Part shown: in pieces, positions 39,305 through 49,752 of the stretch
How positions within the stretch are numbered: position 1 is the first letter of the stretch
How the letters are laid out: every line of letters begins with the position of its first letter
Assembly (NCBI GenBank): GCA_039190745.1
Contig: JBCCXZ010000013.1
Span: 8,863-72,862 of the forward strand
Direction: 5' to 3'
Origin: Planctomycetota bacterium
Lineage (GTDB): Bacteria; Planctomycetota; Planctomycetia; Pirellulales; Lacipirellulaceae
Length of the DNA: 64,000 nt
Program-made: the position numbers and the translations under genes
Notes under the pieces: generated by a model
The model's database searches: none
What the model was told of the DNA's origin: nothing
The model's input: only the letters and a program-made list of their open reading frames with translations

Positions 39305-40762
39305 CTACGACGCCACTTCGCTGACACTCTCGGCCGGGCGGGAGCTGCCGGTCATCAGTTCGTTGTCGACGTCGCTGGCGACCATGCGGCCGTAGTTCAT
39401 CGCGCCCAGCCAGCCGGACATGATAATGCCGACGCTGCCGGCGTGGTAGAGACCGCGGACCTGCTCGGGGATCGAGCGGCTCACGGCGAGGCCCTCGAAC
39501 TTCGTGCCGAAGCTCGCCCCCGCGACGTGGTGCGTGTAGTGCTGGAACGTCCGCGGCGTAGACGCCTCGACGTGGTCGACGCGGTCGCGGATGTTGGGCA
39601 CGTACTTGTCGAGCGCGTCGAGCGTCGTCTCGCAGAGGTCGGCTTTGCTCGCCTTGTATTCGTCGTCCGGCAGGTGGGCCCAGTCGTCGTAGTTGGCGTT
39701 GGTGCTGGAGACGATCAGGCAACGCGGCTTCCCCTGCGGGCGGGTCCGCGGGTAGTAGAACGAGTACGTGCGGCTGGTGATGTCGCGGGAGAGCAACAGG
39801 TCGGTGCGGAACAACGGCGCGGTGGAGCTGAACAGCAGGTCGCCGGTCGACTCGTCGATCCGCTCGTCGGGCTTCAGCGCCATGTAGACCTGAGTGCTGC
39901 TGTTGTTGAGCCGCACGGCCTTGGCGTTGTCGACGAAGTTCTTGTCGAACTTGTCCTCGCCAATCAGGCGGAAGATCGTTTGCTTGAGATTGGCGTTGGA
40001 GACGACCGCGCGGCACTTGATCCGGCGGCCGTTGACCTCGACAGCGCGGACGCGGCCGCCGTCGCAGTCGATGCGCTCCACGTCGCAGCGGATGCGGATG
40101 TCGACGCCACTCTTCTTGAGGTCGGCTTCCATGAGCTCGATGAGGTGGTCGGTTCCGCCCTCGAAGGTGAAGACGCCCTTGGACATAAAGTTGCTGAAGA
40201 CGATGCCGTAGCTGATGGCGGGGTCTTCGAGCGTGCTGCCGTTGGCGTAGGTGATGGGCTCCATCAGCAGCCGGATGACGTCCTCGCGGCCGGGGAAGTA
40301 CTTGTCGAACAGCTCGCGCGTGGTGGTCTGCTGGTCGTCGTAAAAGTCCATGCCTCGGGCCTCGTCGAAGAAGCCTTGCACGGCAGCCGGCTCGACCTTG
40401 AAGTGCTCGATGAGCAGCTTGGTGAAGTCCTCGCGGTTGAACGAGGTGGTGAGCGAGAACATCGGGTTGTCGAACCGGATGCCCTTGAGCTGGACGATGC
40501 TGTCGGCGATCTCACGGGTCCAGTAGCGGCGGCAGCTCTTGACCATGCCGTAGGGGAATCCGTGGAGCGAGACGTCGAAGATGTGCCCGCCGGGCCGTTT
40601 GAACCAGGTGGCCATGCCGCCGAGCTTGTAGTGCTGTTCGAGGAGGATGACGGAGTAACCGGCGCGGGCGAGGATATTGGCGGCGGTGAGCCCGCCGAGG
40701 CCGCTGCCGATGACGGCGACGTCATACTCGTCCTTGGCACCTGCTAGAAAGTCTTTGGGCAT
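39305..40762 (-). CDS. Phytoene desaturase (CrtI)-family FAD oxidoreductase, copy B
   Basis: VIGSGLGGL Rossmann motif, [22 protein letters not shown]...GASFG. Confidence 0.85.
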   Translation of the reverse strand: MPKDFLAGAKDEYDVAVIGSGLGGLTAANILARAGYSVILLEQHYKLGGMATWFKRPGGHIFDVSLHGFPYGMVKSCRRYWTREIADSIVQLKGIRFDNPMFSLTTSFNREDFTKLLIEHFKVEPAAVQGFFDEARGMDFYDDQQTTTRELFDKYFPGREDVIRLLMEPITYANGSTLEDPAISYGIVFSNFMSKGVFTFEGGTDHLIELMEADLKKSGVDIRIRCDVERIDCDGGRVRAVEVNGRRIKCRAVVSNANLKQTIFRLIGEDKFDKNFVDNAKAVRLNNSSTQVYMALKPDERIDESTGDLLFSSTAPLFRTDLLLSRDITSRTYSFYYPRTRPQGKPRCLIVSSTNANYDDWAHLPDDEYKASKADLCETTLDALDKYVPNIRDRVDHVEASTPRTFQHYTHHVAGASFGTKFEGLAVSRSIPEQVRGLYHAGSVGIIMSGWLGAMNYGRMVASDVDNELMTGSSRPAESVSEVAS

Positions 40763-40842
40763 GAGTGCTGCTTACGCTGCTCGTTCGCGAAATCGAAACC
40801 CCGATGGTATCCGACCTGGGCCGCCGCGGTAAGGCTCGGCAC

Positions 40843-42219
40843 TCACCGCAAACAGTGCTGGTTCGCCATGCCGATGCCGCTGACGATGCTGCCGATAATG
40901 CCCACAAAGCCCTGGTCGGTGCCGCAGACGAAGAGGTTCTCGAGGTGCGTCGTGCCGTCGAGCTGTTTCTCGGGGGCGCCGTAGATGGCGCCGTTGTCGT
41001 GGCCTGTGAAGCGGACAATGGTGGTCGGGGTGAACATGTCGGTGTCCACCACGCGGTGGCGGTAGTCGGGCACGAAGCGGCAGGCCGAGTCGGTGATGCG
41101 GTCGTACCAGCGGAGCTTCTCCAGGCGGTACTCTTCCTCGGGCAGGCCGGCCCAGTGCTCGAAATTCGCCAGCGCCGTGATGCGCATCACGCCGTCGGGC
41201 AGCGGCTCGTCGTAGACGAAGTTGTTCGGGCTGCAGATCACGCCGCTGCGGAGGTCGCACGGCTCTTCGGGCGGCTCCCAGGCAAACTTGTCGCAGTCGT
41301 TGTAGAAGGTGATCGTGCGGTCGTGCCCCACGTCCTGCGGCTGCACGTCGAGCGAGGCGATCGTCTCGCAGAACGTCAGCCGCCCCGGGCCGCGATCGGT
41401 CGGGGGCTGCGACGCGTTGCCGCAGAGCCGCATGGTTTCGACCCAACCGGCCGAAGAGAGCACGCGTTTGCCTTCGAGCCGCTCGCCCGACTGAAGGACG
41501 GCGCCCACGATTCGGCCGTCTTCTACCTCTAGCCGATCGACGCCGGCGCGGAGCTTCAATTCGCCGCCCAGCCCGCGGAACTTGCGGACGAGTTGCTTCA
41601 GGATGAGCCGCACGCCCGCGTGCGGGCGGCCAAGGCCCTCCATGAAGATGCTGCGGAACATGATGGAGAACTGCCCCCAGTCCATGTCGTGCTCGCGGGC
41701 CGAGCCGTAGAACATCAGCGGGCAAAAGAGCATCTCGACGAGCAGCGGCTCGCCGAGGATCTCGTTGAGCCGCTCGCGGGCGGAGATGTGCTGGTGCTCC
41801 TCAGCGAGGTCGTCGTACTCGACGATCGCGTCGATGAGCCGGTCGAAGTTGGCGGCCTCGCCGGGGAAGGCGGCGGCGATCTCGGAGCGGAGCAGGTCGA
41901 GGTCGTTGTCGAACCGGAACCGCGCACCGGGGAAGACGACCTCGGAACCGACCTGCGGGGAGATCTCCAGTTCGTCCCAGCCGATGCGGAGCTGCCGCAG
42001 CAGACGCGCGAGCGGGCCCTTCTTCGTGCCCTTGGGCGTAATGTTCGTGAGCGCGTGCAGGCCGACGTCGTAGTCGCGGCCGCGGAGGCGGTAGAAGGAG
42101 TTCAGCCCGCCGATGGTGTAGTGCCGTTCGAGGATGCAGACGCGCTGGTCGTAGTAGGCCAGGCGGATGCCGGCAGCCAGGCCCGACATGCCGGCGCCGA
42201 TGATGATCGTGTCGTACAT
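40843..42219 (-). CDS. Phytoene desaturase (CrtI)-family FAD oxidoreductase, copy A
   Basis: MYDTIIIGAGMSGL, LERHYTIGG, YDVGLHA, FTPTTI...GAIYG. Confidence 0.85.
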   Translation of the reverse strand: MYDTIIIGAGMSGLAAGIRLAYYDQRVCILERHYTIGGLNSFYRLRGRDYDVGLHALTNITPKGTKKGPLARLLRQLRIGWDELEISPQVGSEVVFPGARFRFDNDLDLLRSEIAAAFPGEAANFDRLIDAIVEYDDLAEEHQHISARERLNEILGEPLLVEMLFCPLMFYGSAREHDMDWGQFSIMFRSIFMEGLGRPHAGVRLILKQLVRKFRGLGGELKLRAGVDRLEVEDGRIVGAVLQSGERLEGKRVLSSAGWVETMRLCGNASQPPTDRGPGRLTFCETIASLDVQPQDVGHDRTITFYNDCDKFAWEPPEEPCDLRSGVICSPNNFVYDEPLPDGVMRITALANFEHWAGLPEEEYRLEKLRWYDRITDSACRFVPDYRHRVVDTDMFTPTTIVRFTGHDNGAIYGAPEKQLDGTTHLENLFVCGTDQGFVGIIGSIVSGIGMANQHCLR

Positions 42220-42300
42220 GGGCGTCGAGAGTGGTTGGTCGTGGGGGTTGGGAGGGACAAGCTGACGAGCAGTTGCTCCCACTCCCTGCTCCCGCTCCCA

Positions 42301-42561
42301 CTACACCTTCTGTACGTCCTTCATGAGCGGCTCGAGGTACGTCACGGTCGACTGCATGCTGGCGAGGTTCACGTAGTCGTCCTCGGGCACCTGGACGCGG
42401 TGGCGCTTGCGGAGCTCCATGACGATGTCGAGGAAGTCCATGCTGTCGAGTTCGAGCTGCTCGCGGAAGCTCACCTCGTCCTTGAGGTCGGTGAGGTCTT
42501 CGTCGGGGGCAATGGACTCGAGGATGTCGAGGATCTCTTCGCGGATTTCGGGGGGTGTCAT
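42301..42561 (-). CDS. Acyl carrier protein
   Basis: Acidic 86 aa, LELDSMDFLDIV with the phosphopantetheine Ser; AGGAG RBS. Confidence 0.92.
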   Translation of the reverse strand: MTPPEIREEILDILESIAPDEDLTDLKDEVSFREQLELDSMDFLDIVMELRKRHRVQVPEDDYVNLASMQSTVTYLEPLMKDVQKV

Positions 42562-42622
42562 CTGACGCTAACTCCTCCTGCGGGCCGGCGTCCACGCCGG
42601 CGTGTGGGTCGGGCGGGGCTCG

Positions 42623-43864
42623 CTAGGGCTTGGCGACGATCAACACCGAGTTGATGCCCAGCATGCCGAACGAGTTGTTAAGGATGTACTGGATGGGCTG
42701 CTCGCGGGCCTCGTTGAGCACCAGGCCGGGCAGATCGCACTCGGGGTCGAGGTTGTCGACGTTGATCGTCGGGTGGCAGACGCCGTCTTCGAAGCTTGGG
42801 AGATTGCCGGCGAGTTCGAGCGAGCCGGCGGCTCCCATCGCGTGGCCGATGAAGCTCTTGGTGTTGTTGATCATGGTGCGGTCGCTGCCGCCAAAGACGC
42901 GTCGCAACGCCTCGCACTCTTGGATGTCTCCGCTGGACGTGGCGGTGGCGTGCGTGCTGACGATGTCGATGTCTTCGGCGTTTAGCCGGGCCCGTTGCAA
43001 AGCGAGCTCGATGCAACGAGACTGCTGGTCGGGGTTGGGGAGGACGAAGTCGCTGGCGTCGCTGTTCATGGCGTAGCCGACGATCTCGCCGTAGACTTTG
43101 GCGCCGCGTCGGCGGGCAACGGGCAGGCGCTCCAGCGTGTAGAGGCAGCCGCCCTCGGAAACGACGATGCCGTTGCGGTCGCGGTCGAAGGGGCGTGAGG
43201 CGAGCGCCGGGTCGTCGTGCTCGGCCAGTGCGCCCTGGCTTGCGAAGCCGGCGAAGATGCCGAACGTGTGGATGCTCTCAGAGACGCCGCCGGCGATGGC
43301 GAGGTCGCACTCGCCAAGGGTGAGCATCTGGAGCCCTTGGATCAGGCCCGCGTTGCCGGCGGCGCAGGCTGCGCCGAGCGTGTAGTGGGGGCCGGTGATG
43401 CCCATATTGAGCGAGATCTCGCCCGCGGGGTTGTTCGCCACGGTGCGGGGGTTGTGGTGGTGGGACCACACCTTCGTGTCGTAGTCGAAGGCTTTGATTT
43501 CGTTGATCTCGTTCTCGGTCTCGACGTTGCCGTGCTCGGTGACGCCGATATAGACGCCGACGCGCTCACGGTCGGTGGCGTCCCAGTCGACGCCGGAGTC
43601 GGCCACGGCCTCGCGGGCGCAGAAGATCGCGACGCCGCCGGCGCGGGTGCCTCGGCGGACCTCCTTGCGTTTCTGGTACCGCAGCTCGTCGAAGTCGCAC
43701 TGGCCGGCGAGCGTCTTGCCGACGTAGCGGATCTCGTAATCGCCCACGCCGCTGCGGCCTGCGAGCAACGCCTCACGGTACTCCGAGAGGGAGTTGCCGT
43801 TGGGCGAGGTGAGGCCGACGCCTGTGATCACGATGCGCTGGTCGTCGTTGGCCGTACGGATCAT
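42623..43864 (-). CDS. Beta-ketoacyl-ACP synthase (FabF/FabB family)
   Basis: RIVITGVG, AACAAG (Cys), STHATAT (His), KSFIGHAMGAAG (His), NNSFGMLG. Confidence 0.92.
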   Translation of the reverse strand: MIRTANDDQRIVITGVGLTSPNGNSLSEYREALLAGRSGVGDYEIRYVGKTLAGQCDFDELRYQKRKEVRRGTRAGGVAIFCAREAVADSGVDWDATDRERVGVYIGVTEHGNVETENEINEIKAFDYDTKVWSHHHNPRTVANNPAGEISLNMGITGPHYTLGAACAAGNAGLIQGLQMLTLGECDLAIAGGVSESIHTFGIFAGFASQGALAEHDDPALASRPFDRDRNGIVVSEGGCLYTLERLPVARRRGAKVYGEIVGYAMNSDASDFVLPNPDQQSRCIELALQRARLNAEDIDIVSTHATATSSGDIQECEALRRVFGGSDRTMINNTKSFIGHAMGAAGSLELAGNLPSFEDGVCHPTINVDNLDPECDLPGLVLNEAREQPIQYILNNSFGMLGINSVLIVAKP

Positions 43865-43976
43865 TCGTGCAAGCGGTTCCGTCGCGAACGGAGTCGGGCT
43901 AAGGGGTGTACCGGGAGAATCGAATCGAACTTCCGAAACTACCCGCACCCCCCCGTTTTGACAAGGCAGCAGGGCC

Positions 43977-45269
43977 TCAGCGGCGTCGGGGCTCGGTTTC
44001 TAAGTGTGCCCGGTATTGCTCAGCTTGGGTCTGGCGGCCGAGGCGTTCGGTGATCGCCTCCCAACGCTGGGCGGCAACACGCAGGCTTTCGGCGGGTTGC
44101 GCATCACCGGCTGCGGCCGCTAGTACGGCTTCGCCCAAAGCCGCGGCGTACTCGTCCCAGCCGGCGATCCGCGGGAGCAGCAGCGGGCGCTCTACTAGGA
44201 GGCTCTCGGCCGCTGCTTCGGCGGCCCCCGGCCAAGCACTGACGCCCGGCCAGAGGTTTGCCTGCTCGATTTGGGAGCGTCGGAAGAACAGCGTCTCATC
44301 GCTCGACGAACTGAGCTGGGCGGCCGCGTCGCCGCTGGCCATCCACCCCAGCAGGCGGAAGGCCGAAGTCGCGTTCCGAGAGTCGGCGCTGACCGAAGCC
44401 ACCCGGCCGCGGTAGCCCAGCAGCGTGACGGGCCCGCGGCTCGTCGTAGAGCGCCACTTGTCGGTGACCTCGTCGTAGACCTGCGGCTTGCGCTGCAGAG
44501 ACTCGGCGGCGGGCACCCCTTCGGGCGGCTCGCCCCAGAGAGCGGGCCATCCCAGCTGCCATGTGGGTAGATCGTTGGCGGTTCCTCCCGGCGGACGAAG
44601 CTCTGCGGCCAGATTCCCAAGAGCACGCTCCATGACCGGGGTCGTGAGCCGCGGCCGCATCGAGTCGGGGTCGAAGAGCAATGCGTCGGTCCGTCGCTCG
44701 GGCAGCAGCGCGAGAGCCCGCGCGATCAGTTCGTGCGCAAGGGCTGTCGGGTCGGTCGCGCCACTCTTCACCGCCGTACCGTTAAGGCGCATCAGCGGCG
44801 GCAAGCCTAAGGGGACGGCAACCGTTTGGCCGTCGAAGACCATTGCCGGCCGGACCGCGGGCAGGAGATCGCCGTAGTCGAAGTCGTCGTCATCGAGAAC
44901 GGAGTCTCGCACCGGGCGGAGCCAGCCGCGGCCGTGCAAGGCGCCCGTAGCGGACGGCGGGTAGATCAACACGTCGGCGGGCAGCGTTTCGGACTCGAGC
45001 AGCTCGGCGAGCGAGGCCTGCTCGACGCGCAGTTCGGCGCCGGCGCGCTCGGCCCACTCGCCGCGGAGGCGGCCCAAGGCTTCGGCGACCACACCGTCGC
45101 CGACGACCAGCACGCTGAGGTTGGCGGCTCTTGGGCGGGGCTTGCTCAGGGCGCTGCTCGGCGGGGGCGTCGCCTCGCGCTTGCCGCAGCCCAGGGAGCA
45201 GAGCAGCAGACAAACCGCCAGCGCAAGCCGCTGACACCCAACGGCGTGCCTAGAATTGATGGACCGCAT
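43977..45269 (-). CDS. Extracellular solute-binding-like lipoprotein
   Basis: Lipobox SLGC, DVLIYP, WLRPV, C-terminal WEAITERLGR..Q..QYR typical of SBP family 1. Confidence 0.65.
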   Translation of the reverse strand: MRSINSRHAVGCQRLALAVCLLLCSLGCGKREATPPPSSALSKPRPRAANLSVLVVGDGVVAEALGRLRGEWAERAGAELRVEQASLAELLESETLPADVLIYPPSATGALHGRGWLRPVRDSVLDDDDFDYGDLLPAVRPAMVFDGQTVAVPLGLPPLMRLNGTAVKSGATDPTALAHELIARALALLPERRTDALLFDPDSMRPRLTTPVMERALGNLAAELRPPGGTANDLPTWQLGWPALWGEPPEGVPAAESLQRKPQVYDEVTDKWRSTTSRGPVTLLGYRGRVASVSADSRNATSAFRLLGWMASGDAAAQLSSSSDETLFFRRSQIEQANLWPGVSAWPGAAEAAAESLLVERPLLLPRIAGWDEYAAALGEAVLAAAAGDAQPAESLRVAAQRWEAITERLGRQTQAEQYRAHLETEPRRR

Positions 45270-45341
45270 GTGTTTTCCGAATGCTGCGATTGGACGACAC
45301 GCACAGGGCGCCTAAGCTGGCGTGGCAGGCAACCATTCTCT

Positions 45342-45415
45342 TGTGGGAGGCCTCTCCGGGGCCGATTACGGCTCGGGATACTGAGCGTAATCCGGCTCAG
45401 AGAGTCCTCCTACAG
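45342..45415. repeat. REP doublet, copy 4
   Basis: TGTGGGAGGCCTCTCCGGGGCCGATTACG ... CGTAATCCGGCTCAGAGAGTCCTCCTACA. Confidence 0.85.
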
Positions 45416-45479
45416 AATCACTCGTTTCAAGACTAACGCCGGAATGGGCCTCCGCGAAGGCCTCGTGAGAACGCTGCCG

Positions 45480-47122
45480 ATGGACGCCGGTCCCCCGCCA
45501 CAACCGACGCTCATCATCCGGCTGGCTGAGGTTGCGCTGATCACGGCGGTCTTCTGGATCGAGGGCGGAGCCCCGGCGCCGCACGTCAATGAGACGTACT
45601 ACTTGGTGAAGGCCCAGCACTATTGGGACCCCGGGTTCTGCGCGGGCAACCGGTTCCTGGAATCCGCCGACGCCCACGAGACGTTTTATTGGAGCGTCGG
45701 TTGGCTCGCTCAGTGGGTCTCGCTGCCCGCGGCGGCTTGGATCGGGCGGGGCCTCTGCTGGAGTCTGCTGGCGTTTGCCTGGCAACGGTTGAGTTGGGGG
45801 GTGGCGCCGGTGCGGTTCGCCTCGGTGCTTTCGGCGGCGCTGATGGTGTCGCTGGTCGGGCAGCTGCACTTCGCCGGGGAGTGGGTTGTGGGCGGGGTGG
45901 AGAGCAAGTGCTTCGCCTACCCGCTCGTGATGCTGGGACTGCACTGGATCGCAGAAAACAAATGGAACCGTGTCTGGCCGGCGCTCGGCTTGGCGGGGGC
46001 GTTCCATCCGCTGGTGGGGGGTTGGTCGGTACTGGCCGCGGGGTGCGTCTGGCTCACCGAGCCGGCAGACTCCCGCCCTGCCCTCCGCGGGATGGCGCCG
46101 TGGATCGTCCTGGGCGGCGTTCTCTCCCTGCCGGGCCTGTGGCCAGCGTTGCGGCTGAACGCGGGCGTCTCGCCGGAAGTCGCCCGGGAGGCGGCCCGGA
46201 TCTATGTGTTCGACCGATTGGCGCACCACTTGGCGCCGCTCAGCAAGCCGGGGTTCTGGATTCTCGACCGCGCCGCGCGGCACGCGGTGATGATCGTGCT
46301 GTTCGTCGTAGCGTGGCAGTGGCTGAAACCGCGGGCGGCAGCGCAAGGCTTGGAGAGGGTCTGCCGCTTCGCCGCGGCGACGCTGCTGTTCAGCGCGGCG
46401 GGCTTAGCCTGGGAGACGGCGACGGCCGGGGACGAAACGCTCGCCGCTTCGCTGCTCCGGTACTACCCTTTCCGGATGGCCGACGTTGCGCTGCCGGTCG
46501 CGGTGGCGTTGGCCGCCCCGGCGGTGCTCGTAGCGGTCGACCGCCGCACGCGGTACACGGCGCCGGCGACCGTGCTGCTCTGCCTGCTACCGGCCTGGCA
46601 CTTCAGCAGTGTGGTCGCAACACGGCTGGTCGACCCGACCGCGCCGGCCGACCGCGGCGTGCTGCTGCCCGACGACTGGGTCGATGTCTGCCGTTGGACC
46701 CGGGAGAACACGCCGCCCGACGCGGTGTTCCTCGGCCCCCGCAGCGGCCAGTCGTTCCACTGGCGGGCCGGGCGGGCCGACGTGGCCAACTGGAAAGACA
46801 TCCCGCAGGACGCGGCGGGGATCGTCGCCTGGCGTCGGGTCTGCCGCGACCTGTTCGAAGGGGTCGACGAGGCCGGCCACTGGTACACCTTCTACTCGTT
46901 GGCGTCGCAGGGCACGGCCAAGGTCGCCGACAACGCCTACCGCTACGGAGCAGACTTCGTCCTCACCGAGCGGTACCCTGTGCTGCAGTTGCCGGTGGTT
47001 TACGGCAACGGGTCTTACACGGTGTACTCGGCGGAGGCCGCCCTGCCCGCTTCTGGACTCCGGCCCCCCCAAACCGAACCTCCTGCGATTCCGCCGCCGC
47101 GCCAGACCGAAGATACCGCCCC

Positions 47123-47126
<4 letters not shown>
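45480..47126 (+). CDS. Multi-pass membrane protein (DUF6798-like)
   Basis: PHVNETYYL, AGEWVVGGVESK, FHPLVG, RLAHHL, C-terminal soluble WKDIPQ domain; start approximate. Confidence 0.7.
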
Positions 47127-47815
<689 letters not shown>

Positions 47816-47909
47816 GAACCTAGCGTTCCGTCTCAACCGTCCCCCCGCCAGTCGCCGATGAGAGGGACGTGTGCGTTTCCCGTACGCACAGACCCAGGGG
47901 GAATTCCAA

Positions 47910-48170
47910 ATGAAACGCGCTCTTTGCGCGGGGGCCCTGTGCATGCTGGCTGCCGCCGGCTGCCGCTACTGTAGCCCCTGCCTCGACTACACGCCGCCGG
48001 TCGCTGAGATCCAGTACGACCCGTGCGGCCCACGGGTGGGCTCCGCCTTCGGCGGGCCTCAGTTTGTCTCGCAACGCGCTGTCACCTCGCCGACGCCGCT
48101 ACCCGAGGGCGAGCCGATCGACCCGCAACCGACGGCGGAAGCTAGCGCTCCGGGTGATGCCGCTGATTGA
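47910..48170 (+). CDS. Small Cys-containing lipoprotein
   Basis: MKR + hydrophobic + AAGC lipobox; GGGGGA RBS. Confidence 0.6.
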   Translation: MKRALCAGALCMLAAAGCRYCSPCLDYTPPVAEIQYDPCGPRVGSAFGGPQFVSQRAVTSPTPLPEGEPIDPQPTAEASAPGDAAD

Positions 48171-49248
48171 ATCGGTCGGGGTCGAAAGGGTCTTCAAGAC
48201 GAGGCTTTTTTGCCGGCGCCGATAGCCGCTGCGCTGAGGCGGCATGCTTTTCGGTGGAAGCGGAATCCGAGCCGCTGTAGCTAGGCCCCTGGAACTCGAC
48301 CCGCCCCGGGACCACGCTGGCTGGGCCGGGCTCGACCGACGAGGCGGCGACGCGCGCCAGCACTTCTTTCTCAACACCGGCGAACCAGTCGCGGACGATG
48401 GCTTGCTGCTTCGGGTTGAGCGGCTGCGAGAGCCGGGCCCCGGCGAGGCCGTGGGGCCGTCCCGCATGGTCGACCATCCGTTCGGTCGCCTCGGCATCTG
48501 CGGTGAGCATCTCGAAGAGCCGGCGGAGGTTGGCCGTGGTCACGGCGGCGTGGCCGGCGCCGTCGATCGCCAGGCGATCGATCTGGAAAGTTCGGCCAGC
48601 AGTGGGAGCATGGCAGCCCGCGGCTCCGCATCCGCGGGCAAGGATCGGCTGCACACGCGACACAAACTCTCCGCGGATGTCTCGCGGAACCCTCCGCAAC
48701 CAGCGGGCGTCTTGGAGCGGGTCTTCGAGCTCGGCCTTGGCCGGCTCTTCTAGAGCCGTGGGCTGCATTTTACGGGCGTGTCGGACCGCTGAGCGGCTCG
48801 CCATTGCGGGTTGGACTTGGGCCGCGTTCAGCCGGCGCATCAGTGCCGCCACCCGCAGGTTTCGCGGGTCGAGCCGGGTGAGGTCGGCCATGCATTGCTC
48901 AGTTATGCCATGCCTTAGGCCCCAGGCGATCAGCTCGCACAGCTCGGCGGGATCAGCGGCGGAATCGTCCGTCTGCAGTTCGCGCCGCAACTGGGCGTAG
49001 GCTTCTTCGAGCGATCCGCAGATCATCCGCACCTTGTGGCGGGGCATCCGCAGCAGGCCGTGCGGCTGGGACACGACGTAGCGGTCGTTTTCCAATGAGA
49101 CGCGCCCCACTAGGACGTTGCTGTTGTGGAGCAGCACCACCGAGTCGCCCGGGCGAGCGGGCGTAGCGTGTCCCGCGCGGCCGCAGAAGGCCGCGAGAGC
49201 CGACCCGAAGGCCAGAAACCACCACAGTTTTCCGGCGTGCGGGTGCAT
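48142..49248 (-). CDS. Secreted hypothetical protein with a CX4CH motif
   Basis: Signal peptide; FVSRVQPILARGCGAAGCH. Confidence 0.7.
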   Translation of the reverse strand: MHPHAGKLWWFLAFGSALAAFCGRAGHATPARPGDSVVLLHNSNVLVGRVSLENDRYVVSQPHGLLRMPRHKVRMICGSLEEAYAQLRRELQTDDSAADPAELCELIAWGLRHGITEQCMADLTRLDPRNLRVAALMRRLNAAQVQPAMASRSAVRHARKMQPTALEEPAKAELEDPLQDARWLRRVPRDIRGEFVSRVQPILARGCGAAGCHAPTAGRTFQIDRLAIDGAGHAAVTTANLRRLFEMLTADAEATERMVDHAGRPHGLAGARLSQPLNPKQQAIVRDWFAGVEKEVLARVAASSVEPGPASVVPGRVEFQGPSYSGSDSASTEKHAASAQRLSAPAKKPRLEDPFDPDRFNQRHHPER

Positions 49249-49401
49249 GGCCGGGGGAGGCTAGGAAGGGCCGCCGGTTGGGTCAAGCCTGGAACGCCCG
49301 GTCGGCCGCTTCTATACTATCGCGCCTCGATACTGTCGCGATCGCGCGGAAGCTAGCGAGCCGCTCTACTGGAAGCCCAGCGTCGGGGTTCGAATAAGCC
49401 T

Positions 49402-49683
49402 GTGTCCGATCCCCCGCGAGAACAACTCCGGGCCCGTTTTGAGGGCCGCGTTCAGGGCGTGGGCTTCCGGATGACCGCACAGGGGGTCGCCGCAGGGTTG
49501 CGGGTGGCCGGCTATGTGAGGAACCTCGCCGACGGACGGGTTGAGCTGGTGGCCGAGGGCCCGCCGGCCGAGTTACACTCATTACTCGCGGGAATCCAGC
49601 AGCGGATGCGGGCCAACATCTCCTCGACCGAGCAAGCTTGGCACGCCGCAACCGGCGAGTACACGGGCTTCGAGATCCGCCGC
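49402..49683 (+). CDS. acyP: Acylphosphatase domain (no stop; reads in frame into the next gene)
   Basis: GRVQGVGFR, GYVRNLADGRVE, ends FEIRR and is followed by CAG rather than a stop. Confidence 0.85.
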
Positions 49684-49752
49684 CAGCTAAGCACCGTACG
49701 CCTGCACGACTATCGAATCCGAAATCCACGAACCGAGACCGATCCCCGTCCT

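Noticed and set aside
39305..42219. Carotenoid biosynthesis cluster
   Set aside because: No CrtB/CrtM/HpnCD, GGPP synthase or cyclase; the genes sit between ACP and FabZ
37716..43864. Ladderane, aryl polyene or aromatic type II PKS cluster
   Set aside because: No radical SAM, chain-length factor, adenylation enzyme or cyclase in the window
44826..45479. N-terminal extension of the 766-aa ORF
   Set aside because: Overlaps the opposite-strand lipoprotein gene and a REP doublet; a start near 45480 is more plausible
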